DNA of 58,627 bases, counting the filler, from Thelocarpon superellum (taxonomy: Eukaryota): assembly GCA_026025795.1 (NCBI GenBank). It is 2 parts of 2 records of this genome, joined end to end, with 100 filler letters (N's around TTAATTAATTAA, not from the genome) between each part and the next. Parts side by side here need not be neighbours in the genome. Positions count along the whole stretch, not along the records: positions 1 to 29,299 come from JAPEUG010000223.1; positions 29,400 to 58,627 come from JAPEUG010000224.1. One strand, written 5' to 3'. Made by a program: the position numbers and the translations under genes. Below the pieces are notes generated by a model. The model did not search any database. It was not told the origin of the DNA and saw nothing but the letters and a program-made list of their open reading frames with translations. Numbering within the stretch: position 1 is the first letter of the stretch; each line of letters opens with the position of its first letter. This document shows positions 22,706 through 34,251 of this stretch, one piece after another.

Positions 22706-24260
22706 TCATGATCCATCTACCATCATCATCGTATCATCTCCACCATCGCCACTCGCCTCCTCGATCCACACTCCTCGTGCTCGCCCTGCCAGAAGCTCCC
22801 TCCGCACCTCAGGCCCTATCGCACCATGGCCCTTGGCTAGTAACAGATCAAGCAAAGCCTCCCGCTGATCCTCCGTGATGTCGTTGCGATATCGTTGGGA
22901 GAACGCCAGCAGACACTGATGCCATAGCACCGGTAGTTTCCCTTCGCGATCGGACGGAGTCTCCCCCACAGCAGCATTCCCACGGAAACGAAGGAAATGG
23001 AAAACGAGCGCATCAATGACTTTGTAGGGGAGCGCATATTTCTTCTCCAACAAGACCTGGATGAAGATGTTGGTGGCGCCTCCGGCTTCGGTGGAGACTG
23101 ACGTTTGCTCTGCCGCAATGTCGCACAACCGTAGCAAGGCCGCGGCCGAATGAAGCACGGGGACGGACACGCGAGCGAGGACCGACGACACGATGTGCGC
23201 TTCGCGGAGCGTGCACTCCCGCCCGACCAAGGGGAAGAGAAATCCCTTGAAAAAGGCCGCGGGCTTGTACAAGGCTTTTTTGAGCGCTTGGTAGAGATGC
23301 ACGTTCAGCTTCTTCGTTTCGTGAATATCTTCTCGTACCCGCTCGAGGATGACCATTTCCAGGAATCGCTGCGTCATCCACGGCTTTCCCGACGCGAAGA
23401 TCTTCGTGGCCTCGTAACAAGCGTTTGGTGTCCACGACTCGGGACGCGTCAAAAAGAGGAGATCTTCCCAGTTGGGCAGAGTTGGCAGAACCTTGAAGGG
23501 TTTCGGCAGTTTGCCTGATTTGTACCGCGAGAGAAGAAGGCCAATCCTACATCGCTTTTTCAGAGGAGCACGCCCACCAGGGGGAGGTATTGACCTACTG
23601 GGTAAAGACCTCGACGACTTTGGCCGGCAATTCAATCGCGTCTTCTGGCGGACCGCCTCCCAAGATGGCCGGATGACCGGCGTCCGCAGCTTCGGCAGCT
23701 TCATGAGCGGCAATCTTCTCGAGTATCAGATCCGCGAGGTTTGTAGCCTCGCCCTGCGCTGCTTCGTCCGTCTCACTCCTCCCTCGTGGGGCGCCCGTTC
23801 CATCGCCAGTCGGCATGAACCGATTGAAGAGTTCCATGTCATTCGGATCCATGTCCTGGTGACGAAGGTTCATTAGCTGGATGAACATGGCCAATCTACA
23901 CATCTCATGGCATACCTCTTCTTCTACCACCTCCTCGTCACCCCAGCCATCGTCTTCGTCTCGGGACGGATCCGCCTCTTGAGCGGATCCATCCTCCTCC
24001 AGTCTCGAGTCAAAGGTGAAGGCATCGTAGAGAGGTTTTGCGGTCGTATCTCGGCCATTGTGCTGATCTTCGTCGGCCAGCTCACGGCCAATTTCCAAGA
24101 TTCTTCTCGATGACTTTGAATCGACGTAATTTTCGTCCGTGGCGTCCTCCCGCCGACTCGTTCGTGGTCCGGTCTTGTTGCGCTGTGGGCCAGATGCGAC
24201 GAGATCCTCCGACAGAGGATTGTGTCGGCGCACGGCGCGCGATTTGGGAGACTTGGGCAT
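22706..24260 (-). CDS. ENP1: Bystin / Enp1 (40S ribosome biogenesis); introns 23915-23856, 23598-23547
   Basis: RRHNPLSEDL, NLADLILEKIA, LLSRYKSGKLPKPFKVLP, KKALYKPAAFFKG, LLEKKYALPYKVIDALVFHF, LPVLWHQ, IGPEVRREL. Confidence 0.95.
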
Positions 24261-24498
24261 GGCAAACGCCGTGGACAATCATGGAGGATGTTGGTCGTTC
24301 CGTGAGCCCCACGCCGATAACTCGATTTTCCCGGAAGAGAAGCGCCGATTCTCCGACGGGCCAATCATTGACCCACCGCCAAATCGCGCTAAGCTCCATC
24401 GATGATTTTGGTGCGCGGTTGGGCCCAGCGGCGGACAGCTGACGAGGGAGCTCCCAACTGTGGTAAGTTACCGTTCACGCGCTTCCACACGCCCAACA

Positions 24499-26232
24499 AT
24501 GGCCGAGACGCCTTCCTCGTCCAGCATGCCGTCGGTCACCATCGGCCAGAAGCGTCCGTTGGAGGACGAACATGCACCGCAGGTCTCGTCGCCGCTGAAT
24601 CCCGACCCACCAGCCAAGGGCCGAGGTGGTAAGGAAAAAGCACCGATGCATCGGGAGCCACGAGAGAAGAAGGAAAGCCTGAAGAAACGCGAAGCTAAAG
24701 CGTCATCTGTCCCCGCTGAGGCGAGAGGCACACCCGATCGTAGCGTTGGCCATGGTGCGAAGACCCCCGTCACGCCGGCTGAGACGGCCGTGGCACCGCT
24801 CCGCTACAAGCTACCTCCGCCCCGGACGCTTGACTACCAAGTCCCCAAGGGTCCCGTCTTGACTCCACACTCCCTCAAGCCAGTCCATGGCGGTGAGGTG
24901 CGATTCTACGAAAGCTCCGAACATGTGTACAACCGCAAAGGCTTCCGGTACACGCACTGCATCGCGGATCCTACCTTCACCTCCTCGCTCTTCTACCGGC
25001 AATCGGAGACAGAACCCTTCCATCCCCGGATCAACTACGAAGACACCTCGTCCCACATCCTCGTTGATCAATCCGCGCGCCAGGTGACGACCGAAAAAGG
25101 ATTTCGCATGGCTCGTGCCAACGTGGGCGTCCGCGAGGGTCGGTGGTATTGGGAGTGCCGGATCACCAGTGGCATTCGCCCACGGCCCGACGGGACGGCG
25201 ATGGAGACGGGTGGTGGGCGGAATGCCAATGGGATCGAGGAGCCACGGGGCCATGTTCGTCTGGGCTGGGCGCGACGGGAGGCCAGCTTGGATGCGCCGG
25301 TCGGCTTCGACGCCTACAGCTACGGGCTGCGGGACGTGGCGGGACAGAAGATGCACATGTCGCGACCCAAGGACTTCTTCCCTCCTGGTGAAGACATCCG
25401 CGAAGGGGACGTGATTGGCGTCGAGATAAACTTGCCATCATTGGCCCTGCACCGAAAGATCGTGCATGGGCAGTACAACCCCGCCGTCGACGTGACCGAG
25501 GATGCAGCTGCGCAGGGACAGACGGGCCCAGATACCATCCGCGACCGGGTGCCGATTCATTACAAGGCGCACCTCTACTTTGAACAGTTTGAATATCACT
25601 CGACCAAGGAGCTGGAAGAGTTGATGAACCCGTCCGCCACGGCGACGGGGGCCCCGGCAAATGGCGCCCTACAACACCCCAACCCAATCCATGCTACCGT
25701 GGCGCTGCGCACGTTACCACAGTCGTGGATCAAGGTGTACCGCAACGGGCGATACATGGGCACGCCCTTCACCAATCTCCTTGCCTTTCTTCCGCCCGCC
25801 TCGCGGCCCCTGACGCAAGTCGGCGCCCGCGACGGTCTGGACGACGGCATGCTGGGCTACTTTCCCGCCATCAGCGTCTTCCGTGGCGGAGCCGCCGAAG
25901 CCAACTTTGGGCCGGATTTCTGGTACCACCCGCCGGATGACGAGGACGTTGAGATGACGGATGCCGGCGCCGCGCCATCACTGCCACCACGTCGACCGGT
26001 CGGGGAGCGGTATAACGAACAGATCGCCGAGGACGTGACGTACGACCTCGTGGATGAGGCCGAGTTCTGGCTGCAGGACGGCGGCTCGACCGACAGGGCA
26101 CCGGGGCTCAATGAGGTGACACCGCCGGCGATGGGATCTGGCCTTCCGGCTTCGTCAACGGCTGATGTGGCCATGGCCGACGCCGCGCACTCCACCGGCG
26201 AGATCAAGGAGCTCGTCCAAGAAGAAGAGTAA
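24499..26232 (+). CDS. ASH2: COMPASS/Set1C subunit Ash2/Bre2 (SPRY domain)
   Basis: YNRKGFRYTHC, GFRMARANVGVREGRWYWE, HVRLGWARREASLDAPVGFDAYSYGLRD, DDGMLGYFPAISVF, RYNEQIAEDVTYDLVDE. Single exon. Confidence 0.92.
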   Translation: MAETPSSSSMPSVTIGQKRPLEDEHAPQVSSPLNPDPPAKGRGGKEKAPMHREPREKKESLKKREAKASSVPAEARGTPDRSVGHGAKTPVTPAETAVAPLRYKLPPPRTLDYQVPKGPVLTPHSLKPVHGGEVRFYESSEHVYNRKGFRYTHCIADPTFTSSLFYRQSETEPFHPRINYEDTSSHILVDQSARQVTTEKGFRMARANVGVREGRWYWECRITSGIRPRPDGTAMETGGGRNANGIEEPRGHVRLGWARREASLDAPVGFDAYSYGLRDVAGQKMHMSRPKDFFPPGEDIREGDVIGVEINLPSLALHRKIVHGQYNPAVDVTEDAAAQGQTGPDTIRDRVPIHYKAHLYFEQFEYHSTKELEELMNPSATATGAPANGALQHPNPIHATVALRTLPQSWIKVYRNGRYMGTPFTNLLAFLPPASRPLTQVGARDGLDDGMLGYFPAISVFRGGAAEANFGPDFWYHPPDDEDVEMTDAGAAPSLPPRRPVGERYNEQIAEDVTYDLVDEAEFWLQDGGSTDRAPGLNEVTPPAMGSGLPASSTADVAMADAAHSTGEIKELVQEEE

Positions 26233-26245
26233 TATTGGGCCGGCG

Positions 26246-27544
26246 TCAGAGTGCTAGTGCCTCGATCGTGACCGATGTCGGCCGGCCCTCGACGAGCTCG
26301 GCCAGCACTTTTCCCGTTCCCAGACTGAGTGAGATGCCCCACGGACCATGGCCCGCCGCGATGAAGACACCACCGTCACGGCCAGCTCTCGTCGTCACGC
26401 CCGCGCCCAGCTGCTCGTCGGGTACGCGGAAGAGAAAGGGGTGGCCGGTCGCGGAGACGGGTCGGAAACAGACACCCTCCCGGACGACCTCTAGCTCATC
26501 ACCCACATGGGTAGGGGCCGCACCCTCTGATTCCACCAAGCGGGCGGCGACCTTTCGCAGTTGCACCATCGACGCTGGATCTACCTGTGCGTCGGTAGCG
26601 ATGGCGGGCAGCGAGATGGTGGTGGAGTTGAGCCCACTGACATAGATCTCACGGCCGATCCGACTGAAGAGCTCAGGGGAAAAGCCATCAGGATCGGTGG
26701 CGAAGACGGCATGGCACCCCGCGCGCTCATCCCTCTCCGTCCAGCGCGGCGAGCGCACGATCAAGGAGTGGCCAGCGTAGGGGGAAATCGGGAGGTGGAT
26801 CGTCGAGGTGGGAAACAGGGCCGAGAAGACCTGTGGGGTCCATGCACCTGCGGTGATGATGAGGTGTGTACAGGGCAGGTCGGTCTCGGTATCATTGTCA
26901 GCAAGAATACGAACGCTGGCGAGCTCGCCGCGCAGATCCCTCGCGATGCTCAGGACGCGTGCGGGATGGTGCAGCTGAACGCCGTGGTCCTGGCATTCAC
27001 CAAGGAGGAATCGGCACAAGCGGAGGGGATCGCTGCGATGAAAATGAGCACGTCGGGCGCGGTGGCGGGAACAGGGGGGGATGTCTGACAGCTGTGCGGT
27101 GGTCCCTGTTTCGCCGACCACCTCTACGTCGCCAGCCTCGGGGCGAAGCCAGGCTGGACCGTGCCCAGGATGGAAAGGGTGATCGGCGGCGACCTCGATT
27201 CGGCTTCTGCCGTCACTAAGCCACGTCGATGGCCCCTGCTTCTTCCGCAGGGATCGACCTGTGATAGACGTCGCCGTGCTCGCGCTGTATCCCCACCTGT
27301 CGTCTCCCCCGTATTGCTCGGCCAGTTGCTGGTGCAGGGCGAAGGAGAGCGCACCCAGCTCCGCGAGACTTGCGTCGAACCAATCCCGGGCCAAGAAGCC
27401 GGCGGCGAAGCCCGACGCGGATGCGAAGAGGCGTGGCGAGGTCTCGACTAGGTGGATGGCGTGGTGAGGTGGGGCGCCAGAAGAGGCAAGGTAGTACGCA
27501 GTGGAGACGCCGATGATCCCAGCGCCGACAATGACCGTCGCCAT
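26246..27544 (-). CDS. FAD-dependent oxidoreductase, DAO family (yeast TDA3-like); in-frame intron 27089-27033
   Basis: VIVGAGIIG Rossmann motif, ASASGFAAGFLA, ITAGAWT, CFRP, AAGHGPWGISLSLGTG. A 57-nt GTCAGA..CAG intron gives TTAQL-DPL. Confidence 0.88.
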   Translation of the reverse strand: MATVIVGAGIIGVSTAYYLASSGAPPHHAIHLVETSPRLFASASGFAAGFLARDWFDASLAELGALSFALHQQLAEQYGGDDRWGYSASTATSITGRSLRKKQGPSTWLSDGRSRIEVAADHPFHPGHGPAWLRPEAGDVEVVGETGTTAQLSDIPPCSRHRARRAHFHRSDPLRLCRFLLGECQDHGVQLHHPARVLSIARDLRGELASVRILADNDTETDLPCTHLIITAGAWTPQVFSALFPTSTIHLPISPYAGHSLIVRSPRWTERDERAGCHAVFATDPDGFSPELFSRIGREIYVSGLNSTTISLPAIATDAQVDPASMVQLRKVAARLVESEGAAPTHVGDELEVVREGVCFRPVSATGHPFLFRVPDEQLGAGVTTRAGRDGGVFIAAGHGPWGISLSLGTGKVLAELVEGRPTSVTIEALAL

Positions 27545-28679
27545 GGGGACAACGTGCCTACGAGGATGGTTCGAGGTACCGCCCTGCAATAGCACCGGTC
27601 CTATTGGGGGTATGCAAGAGCAAGTGCCGCTCGATGCGCCAGCTTCCCCGACAGGTCATGTCGGGGCCGAACGGCGATGGCTACGGAAGCACGACGTCGT
27701 AGCAAGATCTCTCGGGCGCCGCGCTATTTTCGTTCCGCTTGCCCACTTTGCACTCGTCGGAAAGTGTGACGCGAGACCGAGATCTACTCGACGATACCCG
27801 TACAAGCACTAGACAATGTTCTCGACTCTGTGCAGTGATATTTCCGTTCCTGTCCCAGCCAATCCGGGAGTTTTACCGGTAGTGTTAGTCTCGTCGAGTC
27901 GTCGAGGCCGTCCCGTACGATCAGAGTGGATGGAGAATGTTTCATGCCGTTGACCTGAAAAAGAGACCTAGTTGCTGGCAAATGCATGAATTTCCTGTCA
28001 GCGGATGGGGTTTCTCGCGACCGGCGTGGACGCTTTCGTGCCTCATCTCATGCACCTAGCGTGGGACATCTCGCTTGCCAACCGGGTCTCTCGGTGATCG
28101 GCTACTCCCGCTTCAACTGAAACTGGCCAGTCGTCCACTCAGCCCACAGGGCCACAGGGGCTCTCCCACTGATGCTTTAACCAATCCTCGCTCCGACGAT
28201 CGTGCCCAACAGTGTGCACAGTGGGCCGATCCCTGCTTCAGAGAAGGCCTCCGTCGAACGTTGGACTTTCCTCGGCCGCGACACGGGCCGCAACATGGGC
28301 CGCGGGGCCCAGACTCGACCTAGCTCTCTTTGCTCGCGGACTTGCAGCATTGCACTGGCAGCAGCGGTGCTCGATTTCTTTCCAGTGCGCTAGCACAGCA
28401 CTTAGTTGTGCATCAGACGAAATCTCCATCATCCGTGTTGATCAGGATGTCATCCACCGGTCTCATCCTTCCGCCACACTGTCTTGTGTGCCCGGGACGA
28501 TCCTCACCATGGGCTGTGCTGGCTGTGCTCGGCCATCCCTCGAGCATCGTCGAAGCTGTTTGCGTCGTGTATATAATCGCGGTCCGCATCTGCATCACAG
28601 ATCAGCGCAACAGCGTTGAACGCTCCAAGCGGTTTCGCGACGACAAGTTCTCGCCCTTCTTGTCGTTCGACTCTCCGTC

Positions 28680-29299
28680 ATGTTTGCCTCTCTTCGGGGC
28701 TCCTCGGTCGCCCTCGTCACCGTCTCGCTCTGCCTCACTCAGACCTTTGCTGCCCCGCGGCCAATCCACGTCCTCCGACCCCGCTCTGCTCCGCCGAGCT
28801 GCGTCGTCCAGACGGTGCCCGATAACAACAATAACGGCGCACCGCTCGACGAATATCACATCGTCTTCCCTGATACCGAGGGCTCTTCTGGTGTTCCTTG
28901 TGGTCAGGGATTCGCCAATGACCTTAGTCAGCGGGAAATCAGTTTCAAACAGTTCAGCTGTCTTCCGGACAATGCTGGCAATGACGATGTCTTGCTTGTG
29001 ACGGACTCGCTCAACCAAGACAGCAACGTTGCGCAGGCTATCACGGACGGAGGATTCGGCCAAGTCAATTGTGACCGACTCGACGAGGGAGCGGCGGGTG
29101 GAAATGTGAATTCGGACAACGATGACGGTTTTGACGGGTCGGGGCCGGACGGTGAACCAGAGGACGGTGGCCCGCTTGGCAGCGTCAACGTTGGCGGACC
29201 TGGTCTTGGAATTTCAGTCCCCATTCCACCTCCGAGCGGCGGCCCGAGTCCTGGCCCAGGACCTGATCCCGGCCCTGACCCGGGTCCCGCTCCTGGCCC
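28680..29299 (+). CDS. Secreted protein with a 4-Cys domain and Gly/Asp/Pro-rich tail; 3' end truncated by the assembly gap
   Basis: Signal peptide MFASLRGSSVALVTVSLCLTQTFA; Cys in SCVV, PCGQGF, FSCLP and VNCD; (PGPD)-like repeats running into the Ns. Confidence 0.65.
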
Positions 29300-29399
29300 N
29301 NNNNNNNNNNNNNNNNNNNNNNNNNNNNNNNNNNNNNNNNNNNTTAATTAATTAANNNNNNNNNNNNNNNNNNNNNNNNNNNNNNNNNNNNNNNNNNNN
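29300..29399. other. Artificial scaffold/contig linker: 44 N + TTAATTAATTAA + 44 N
   Basis: Exactly 100 bp and symmetric. The core places stop codons in all six frames and truncates genes on both sides. Confidence 0.97.
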
Positions 29400-32300
29400 T
29401 TGCCGTATCGTAGTAACGGCGTGTGATCCGCCAACGAGACGAGCGAGAGCGCATCGATGGGCGTGAGTGGGCTCATTCTCACTTTCACCCGCGTCCTTTC
29501 CATTTCACCCTCGCTATTTGTGGTACGAGTGGAGGTGGTCGAGTGCAACGACGTGTAGATGATGTATTCGGGTAGGGCCGATTTAGAGGAGGGCGTGTGG
29601 GAGTGAGCGAGCACAGACGACGGGTGGATATATACCGCCTTATCCTCCCCCCTGGTCATCGTGGATGGGAATAGAGGAACGTAGGGCATGTTTGTCGCTT
29701 TCATCTTCTTCTTTCCACCTCCACCTGCTGCTGCTGCAGAAGTCTCTGTCGAGGAGGCGGCCGTCGGGAGCAAGTCCCATCTAATGGCGACCTGGTCGAC
29801 GAAGCCACTCGCGATGACAAATTTGAGATATGCGACCTGCTTGGATGACGGGGCGGGTAGTGTGAGTCGAAAGGCGCCGTTGAGGAGGACGTCGTACTTG
29901 GGGTCAGCGCGGAGGAGACGGTGCAGTTGTGCGCGGAGGAGCTGTGTTTCGCGCATGGCTTTGGGACGGAGGAAGTGGGCGGTGCAGAAATCGTCCGGGG
30001 TGGTGCTTGCCGCGTGTCCGAGGACTGCGCAGAGGAGCTTGAGCCCGTCGCTGGACCTGTCGAGTGATGAGAGCCGATGTTGCGCTGCGTTGTAGGCTTT
30101 TCGTCTTGCAGTTCGCGCGTCGTCCTCGAGGTGTTGCGCGTGTGTGTAGATCTGTGATTCGGTGGACGGTGCAGGGGCGGATAGATGGAGATGGCCTTCT
30201 GGGATGAACACGTCCGGGATGGATAGGGCGGCTACGATCGCGATGATATAGGGCAGGCAGTTTTGTTCGTGACCCGTGAGCAGAATCTTGGCGAATCGCG
30301 GGGACAGGGGGAGGTTGGACATGCGTCGCCCAAGGTCCGTCACGACGTGTGCTGGTGTCAGGGCTCCGAGATAGGTGAGGAGCTGAGTTGTTAGACAGGG
30401 GAATCGAAGGAGACATTGGGAATTTACCTTCTGCGCCTTGATCAACCGCTGTTGATCTGGTGGCGTCGGAAAGGGGAATTTGTCGATGATTCCTGGCACA
30501 TTCATCGCGGAAAGTTGTAACACCACCCCTGGATGATCAGTTTGGTCCGATCTGTTTAAAAGACGCACGTACCCTCCATTGGCGTTCTTAATATCTCTGG
30601 GATGGCATATTCTGCAAAGTCCCGCTCATACACCGCCGACGAATACAATCGATAGCAATGTCCAGGTCCCGTTCGACCGGCGCGTCCCGCTCGTTGCTTC
30701 GCACTGGCCTTGCTGATCCAATCCACCTCGAAACTCTGCACTCCCGTCACATCGTCGTACTTTCGTTGCTTGGCCCGTCCACTGTCAAACACGTATCGAA
30801 TTCCCGGAATCGTCAGACTCGTCTCGGCAATGTTCGTGGCCAGCACCACCAAACGTGATCCTTCCGGTGGGCTCTCAAATACCCGTAGTTGCTCTTTGGT
30901 TGGAAGGAGAGAGTAGAGTGGCAAGACATGCATCGGCGTATCCGGGGCGTCTGCTGGGGGCGAGTCGTCCATATCAAAGTCATCTTCGTCGTCGTCAATC
31001 TCGAGCATATCCGAGCCGGAGTCATCGTCGTCTGCATCAGACTGCTCTAGATCCGAGTTCACCTCCATATCCTCCGTCTCCATCGGAGCTTCGTCCGCCG
31101 AGATCCGTACTGGCGGTCGTGCTCGTGTATTTCGCTCCGCCAGTCCCGTCAACGTCTTGGCTAGCGAGAACGTTTTTTCGAATCGTCTCGATAGTTGAGT
31201 AATCTCGTTCTGCCCCGTGAGAAAGATCAAGATGCCACCGGGCGGAAGTCGTCGATGTCCCCGTGACACCTTAAGGTACATCTCCTCGAGATATTCTCGT
31301 TTAGTCTTTCGTGCCCAATGCATAGTCACGGAGTGCTGTCGTCCTTCGGCTTGGATGAGAGGTGGTGGCGAGGAGAACAGGGCCGTGTTCTGGGTGAAAT
31401 CAGACACCTTGAGCGTGGCCGACATGATGATGAGTCTCAGCGGAGACACCCTCGGATCTTCTCGGCTCAGCTCCTCCCTCAATCGAACAATTCGACTCAT
31501 CATGCCAATCAGAATATCGGTATCTTTCGTTCGCTCATGTACCTCGTCGATGACAATGGCCGAGTACTTGCCCAGTGTGATGTCTTCTGATGCTTCTCGG
31601 AGAAGTATGCCGTCCGTCATGAACTTGATGACCGTCTTGTCACTGACTGTAGCCTCGAATCGAATCTGCCATCGTAAGTCTCCACCGGATTAACAGGGTG
31701 ATGGATACACGCCTTGTATGCCACCTCGGCAGATGCCCCTCCCAATTCGTTGCCCACGCGCTTCGCCATACTGACAGCAGCCACACGTCGTGGTTGCGTG
31801 ACGCCAATCATGCCCGGCGTAGGACCGTCTTTACTCCCATAGCCAGCCTCATAGAGGAACTGCGGCACTTGTGTCGTTTTTCCACTCCCCGTCGCACCCC
31901 AGATGACAACGACGGGGTTATTGTGGACCGCCTCCATAATCTTCTGTTCTTCCGCCACGACAGGCAAGGCTAGACGTGCTTCCATCGCCTCCGCTGTCCT
32001 CTGCACCTGTCGGCTGTACGCTTTGCGTGTGGTGTTGGTGACTTGTAACTCTGGCGGTAGCGGATCTTCTTCGACTCGGGGGGTAAATGTGAGAGCGGCG
32101 TGATTGGTGACTGTTTCGGCATTTGCGCTGGGTTGAAAGCCCAAGGCTTCGTTGAGCTGCTTATTTGCCCATGCCTTGAATGCAGAGGAACGCTGTTGTC
32201 TCGAGCCATCGTCATCTGGCGATTCAGAGTCGCTAGATGAATCTGGTTCGTCGGAGGACTGGGAAGCCGTCTCATCGAGCGAAGGCTCGTCCTGGTCGTC

Positions 32301-33033
32301 TGGATCCTCTCCAGTCTCTTCATCGGATTGAATCCCCTCCCAAGTCGATGCTTGAAATTGTGGAGGAGCTCGTAACGGGTTGTTCTTTCTTCGTTTCCTA
32401 GTGGCAATGATCGGCTGACCATCGTCTCCGATCTCCAGTGGACGTTTCAGCCCACTTCCGACAACCAGAGACGGCGGTGCTGCAGATGACTTGACCAAGA
32501 TTGTCTCGGCTTGGCCATCGTCATCACTGATGTCCTCGTGCTCCGAGCCCGTTCCGTGTCGATGTTCAAGCAAGACCTCATTATTGCTCTCGACATTGAT
32601 CCCCGCGGCACGTTCCTTCAAGGCGCGGGAAAAGACCTCTCTCTTGGACTCCTTGGCCGCACCCAGCGTCTTGGAGCTCTTGAGCAAGGTGGTATCAATC
32701 TTGCTCTTGGCCAGCCGTTTGATGAGCTCCAGATTTTCCTCTTTCTTGAGCTTGGTATCCTACGGTCTGTCAGTCGATTTGTCTCTATAACCTAGGTAGG
32801 TGCCAATAACTCACGATGTACTTGTCGAGACGTTTCTGTTTCTTGCTCGAGATCTTGGGCTGTTGTGCTCGTAGCTCCTCTCTCAACCGTTGCCGCTTCT
32901 CTTCTCTCTCCGCCTGGGATGGAGGCAGTATCTCCGTGGCATTTGGATCACCGCGAGGCGCTTGGGTATTGCTAGAGGGAGCTTTTCGTTGCCTGACTTT
33001 ATGCTTTCGTTGACGAGGGACAAATTTGGGCAT
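29400..33033 (-). CDS. DHR1: DEAH-box RNA helicase Dhr1/Ecm16 (DHX37), 3' end truncated by the gap; introns 32814-32760, 31712-31666 (GC-AG), 30572-30529, 30427-30383
   Basis: MPKFVPRQRKHK, ISSKKQKRLDKYI, GATGSGKTTQVPQFLYEAG, TQPRRVAA, DEVHER, MSAT, ATNIAETSLTIPG, QRAGRAGRTGPGHCYRLYS, LPLSPRFAK. Confidence 0.95.
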
Positions 33034-33174
33034 GATGGATGGGCTAGAATCATGAGTAGCTTGTTCAAGATGATGGAGATGTTTGCGTGGGAACATCCGA
33101 AATACTATGGGAGCGATTCAAGATGTCTGGGGTGCCCCACGTTCGATAAATTTCCCAACTAGCGCCGGGTGTTG

Positions 33175-33184
33175 CCGATGAGCT
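33175..33184. promoter_or_regulatory. PAC-like element (CCGATGAGCT) upstream of the ribosome-biogenesis gene DHR1
   Basis: The GATGAG core resembles the yeast PAC motif GCGATGAG, about 140 bp upstream of the DHR1 ATG. The match is short and could be chance. Confidence 0.25.
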
Positions 33185-33301
33185 TCGCTGCCCCTCGCAA
33201 TTATCGGGAGAGCTCCAAAGTATTTCGGACGCGATCCAGGACGCAATCGACAAATCAAGCTCGATCTGGTCAAGGTCCACTCATGACCAGTAGTAGCCTC
33301 A

Positions 33302-33847
33302 ATGCCGATCCCCATGCCACAAGAGGAACCAGTGTCACAGTTGCCTGCACCCAACGATGTCATCGACGCTCCATACCCTGCCGGCACCAAACAAGCGGCG
33401 GGGGAGATCAACGGCCTCCTCACCGACGTCATGTGTCTTTCATTCGACGACAAAATCATCGTGACGATTACACAAGGAGGTCGTTTGGCACAATGGGCAA
33501 GCAGTCATCATCGGCCATGGATCTGATTGCTTTTTCCTAATCTCGTCCAGATCCATGTCCCCTTGGACACCGCCAATCCCACCTACGCCGAACAGCATCT
33601 CCCGGTGGAAGAGGGCGACCAGGATCTCCTCCCCATGTCCCATCTGACGCCCACGACTCTCCTCGGGGGCACGGTGCCGGAGCGGGAGACGATGGGACAG
33701 CTCTTTGCGACGCAGGTGGCGAGCACGATAGCCACGAAATATCCCGAGGAAACTCGGATGGTGGTGGTGGGTCTAGGGTTGCACAAGGCGGACACAAGCC
33801 GAGAGTCATTTTTCGATATTGTGGAATTGGTGATGAAATGCTTCTAA
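33302..33847 (+). CDS. Proteasome assembly chaperone 3 (PAC3/PSMG3)-like protein; GC-AG intron 33497-33550
   Basis: YPAGTKQAAGEINGLLTDV, FDDKIIVTITQGGRLAQW-IHVPL, HLTPTTLLGG, QLFATQVAS, RMVVVGLGL. Confidence 0.8.
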
Positions 33848-34251
33848 TGCCCCCTGTAGAACCAGTAATGTTCTTTCGGCCACTTTACTTCCACGTGTCA
33901 TAGCTTGAGGTCGATAGAGAGACGCACAGCCAGGCGGAGAACATGCATCATGGGATGGCGGAGGAATCCAAACGCCGGGATGCAGTCAGCACAGCCGCGA
34001 GCCCCGACATTACTGGCAACCACTGTCATGAGTGACTGTTCCTCCCTGCATGATCGTATCCTGCACCTTGCATTAGGTCCCACGTCATCTTTCCCACTGC
34101 ATCTGCTCTACCGCACGTCGATTATAATGTCTTATATGGAATGAATGCGTCCCATTTGACTTCGTTCTCATTCGACCAGTCCGCTTTCGAAAGAATCATC
34201 AAGTTTTGCAAGTTATCCTCCCCGTCCCTCGATTCCGTCCTTATCCCCAAA

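Noticed and set aside
29344..29355. TTAATTAATTAA palindrome as a biological site
   Set aside because: It is embedded symmetrically in Ns and is an assembly linker.
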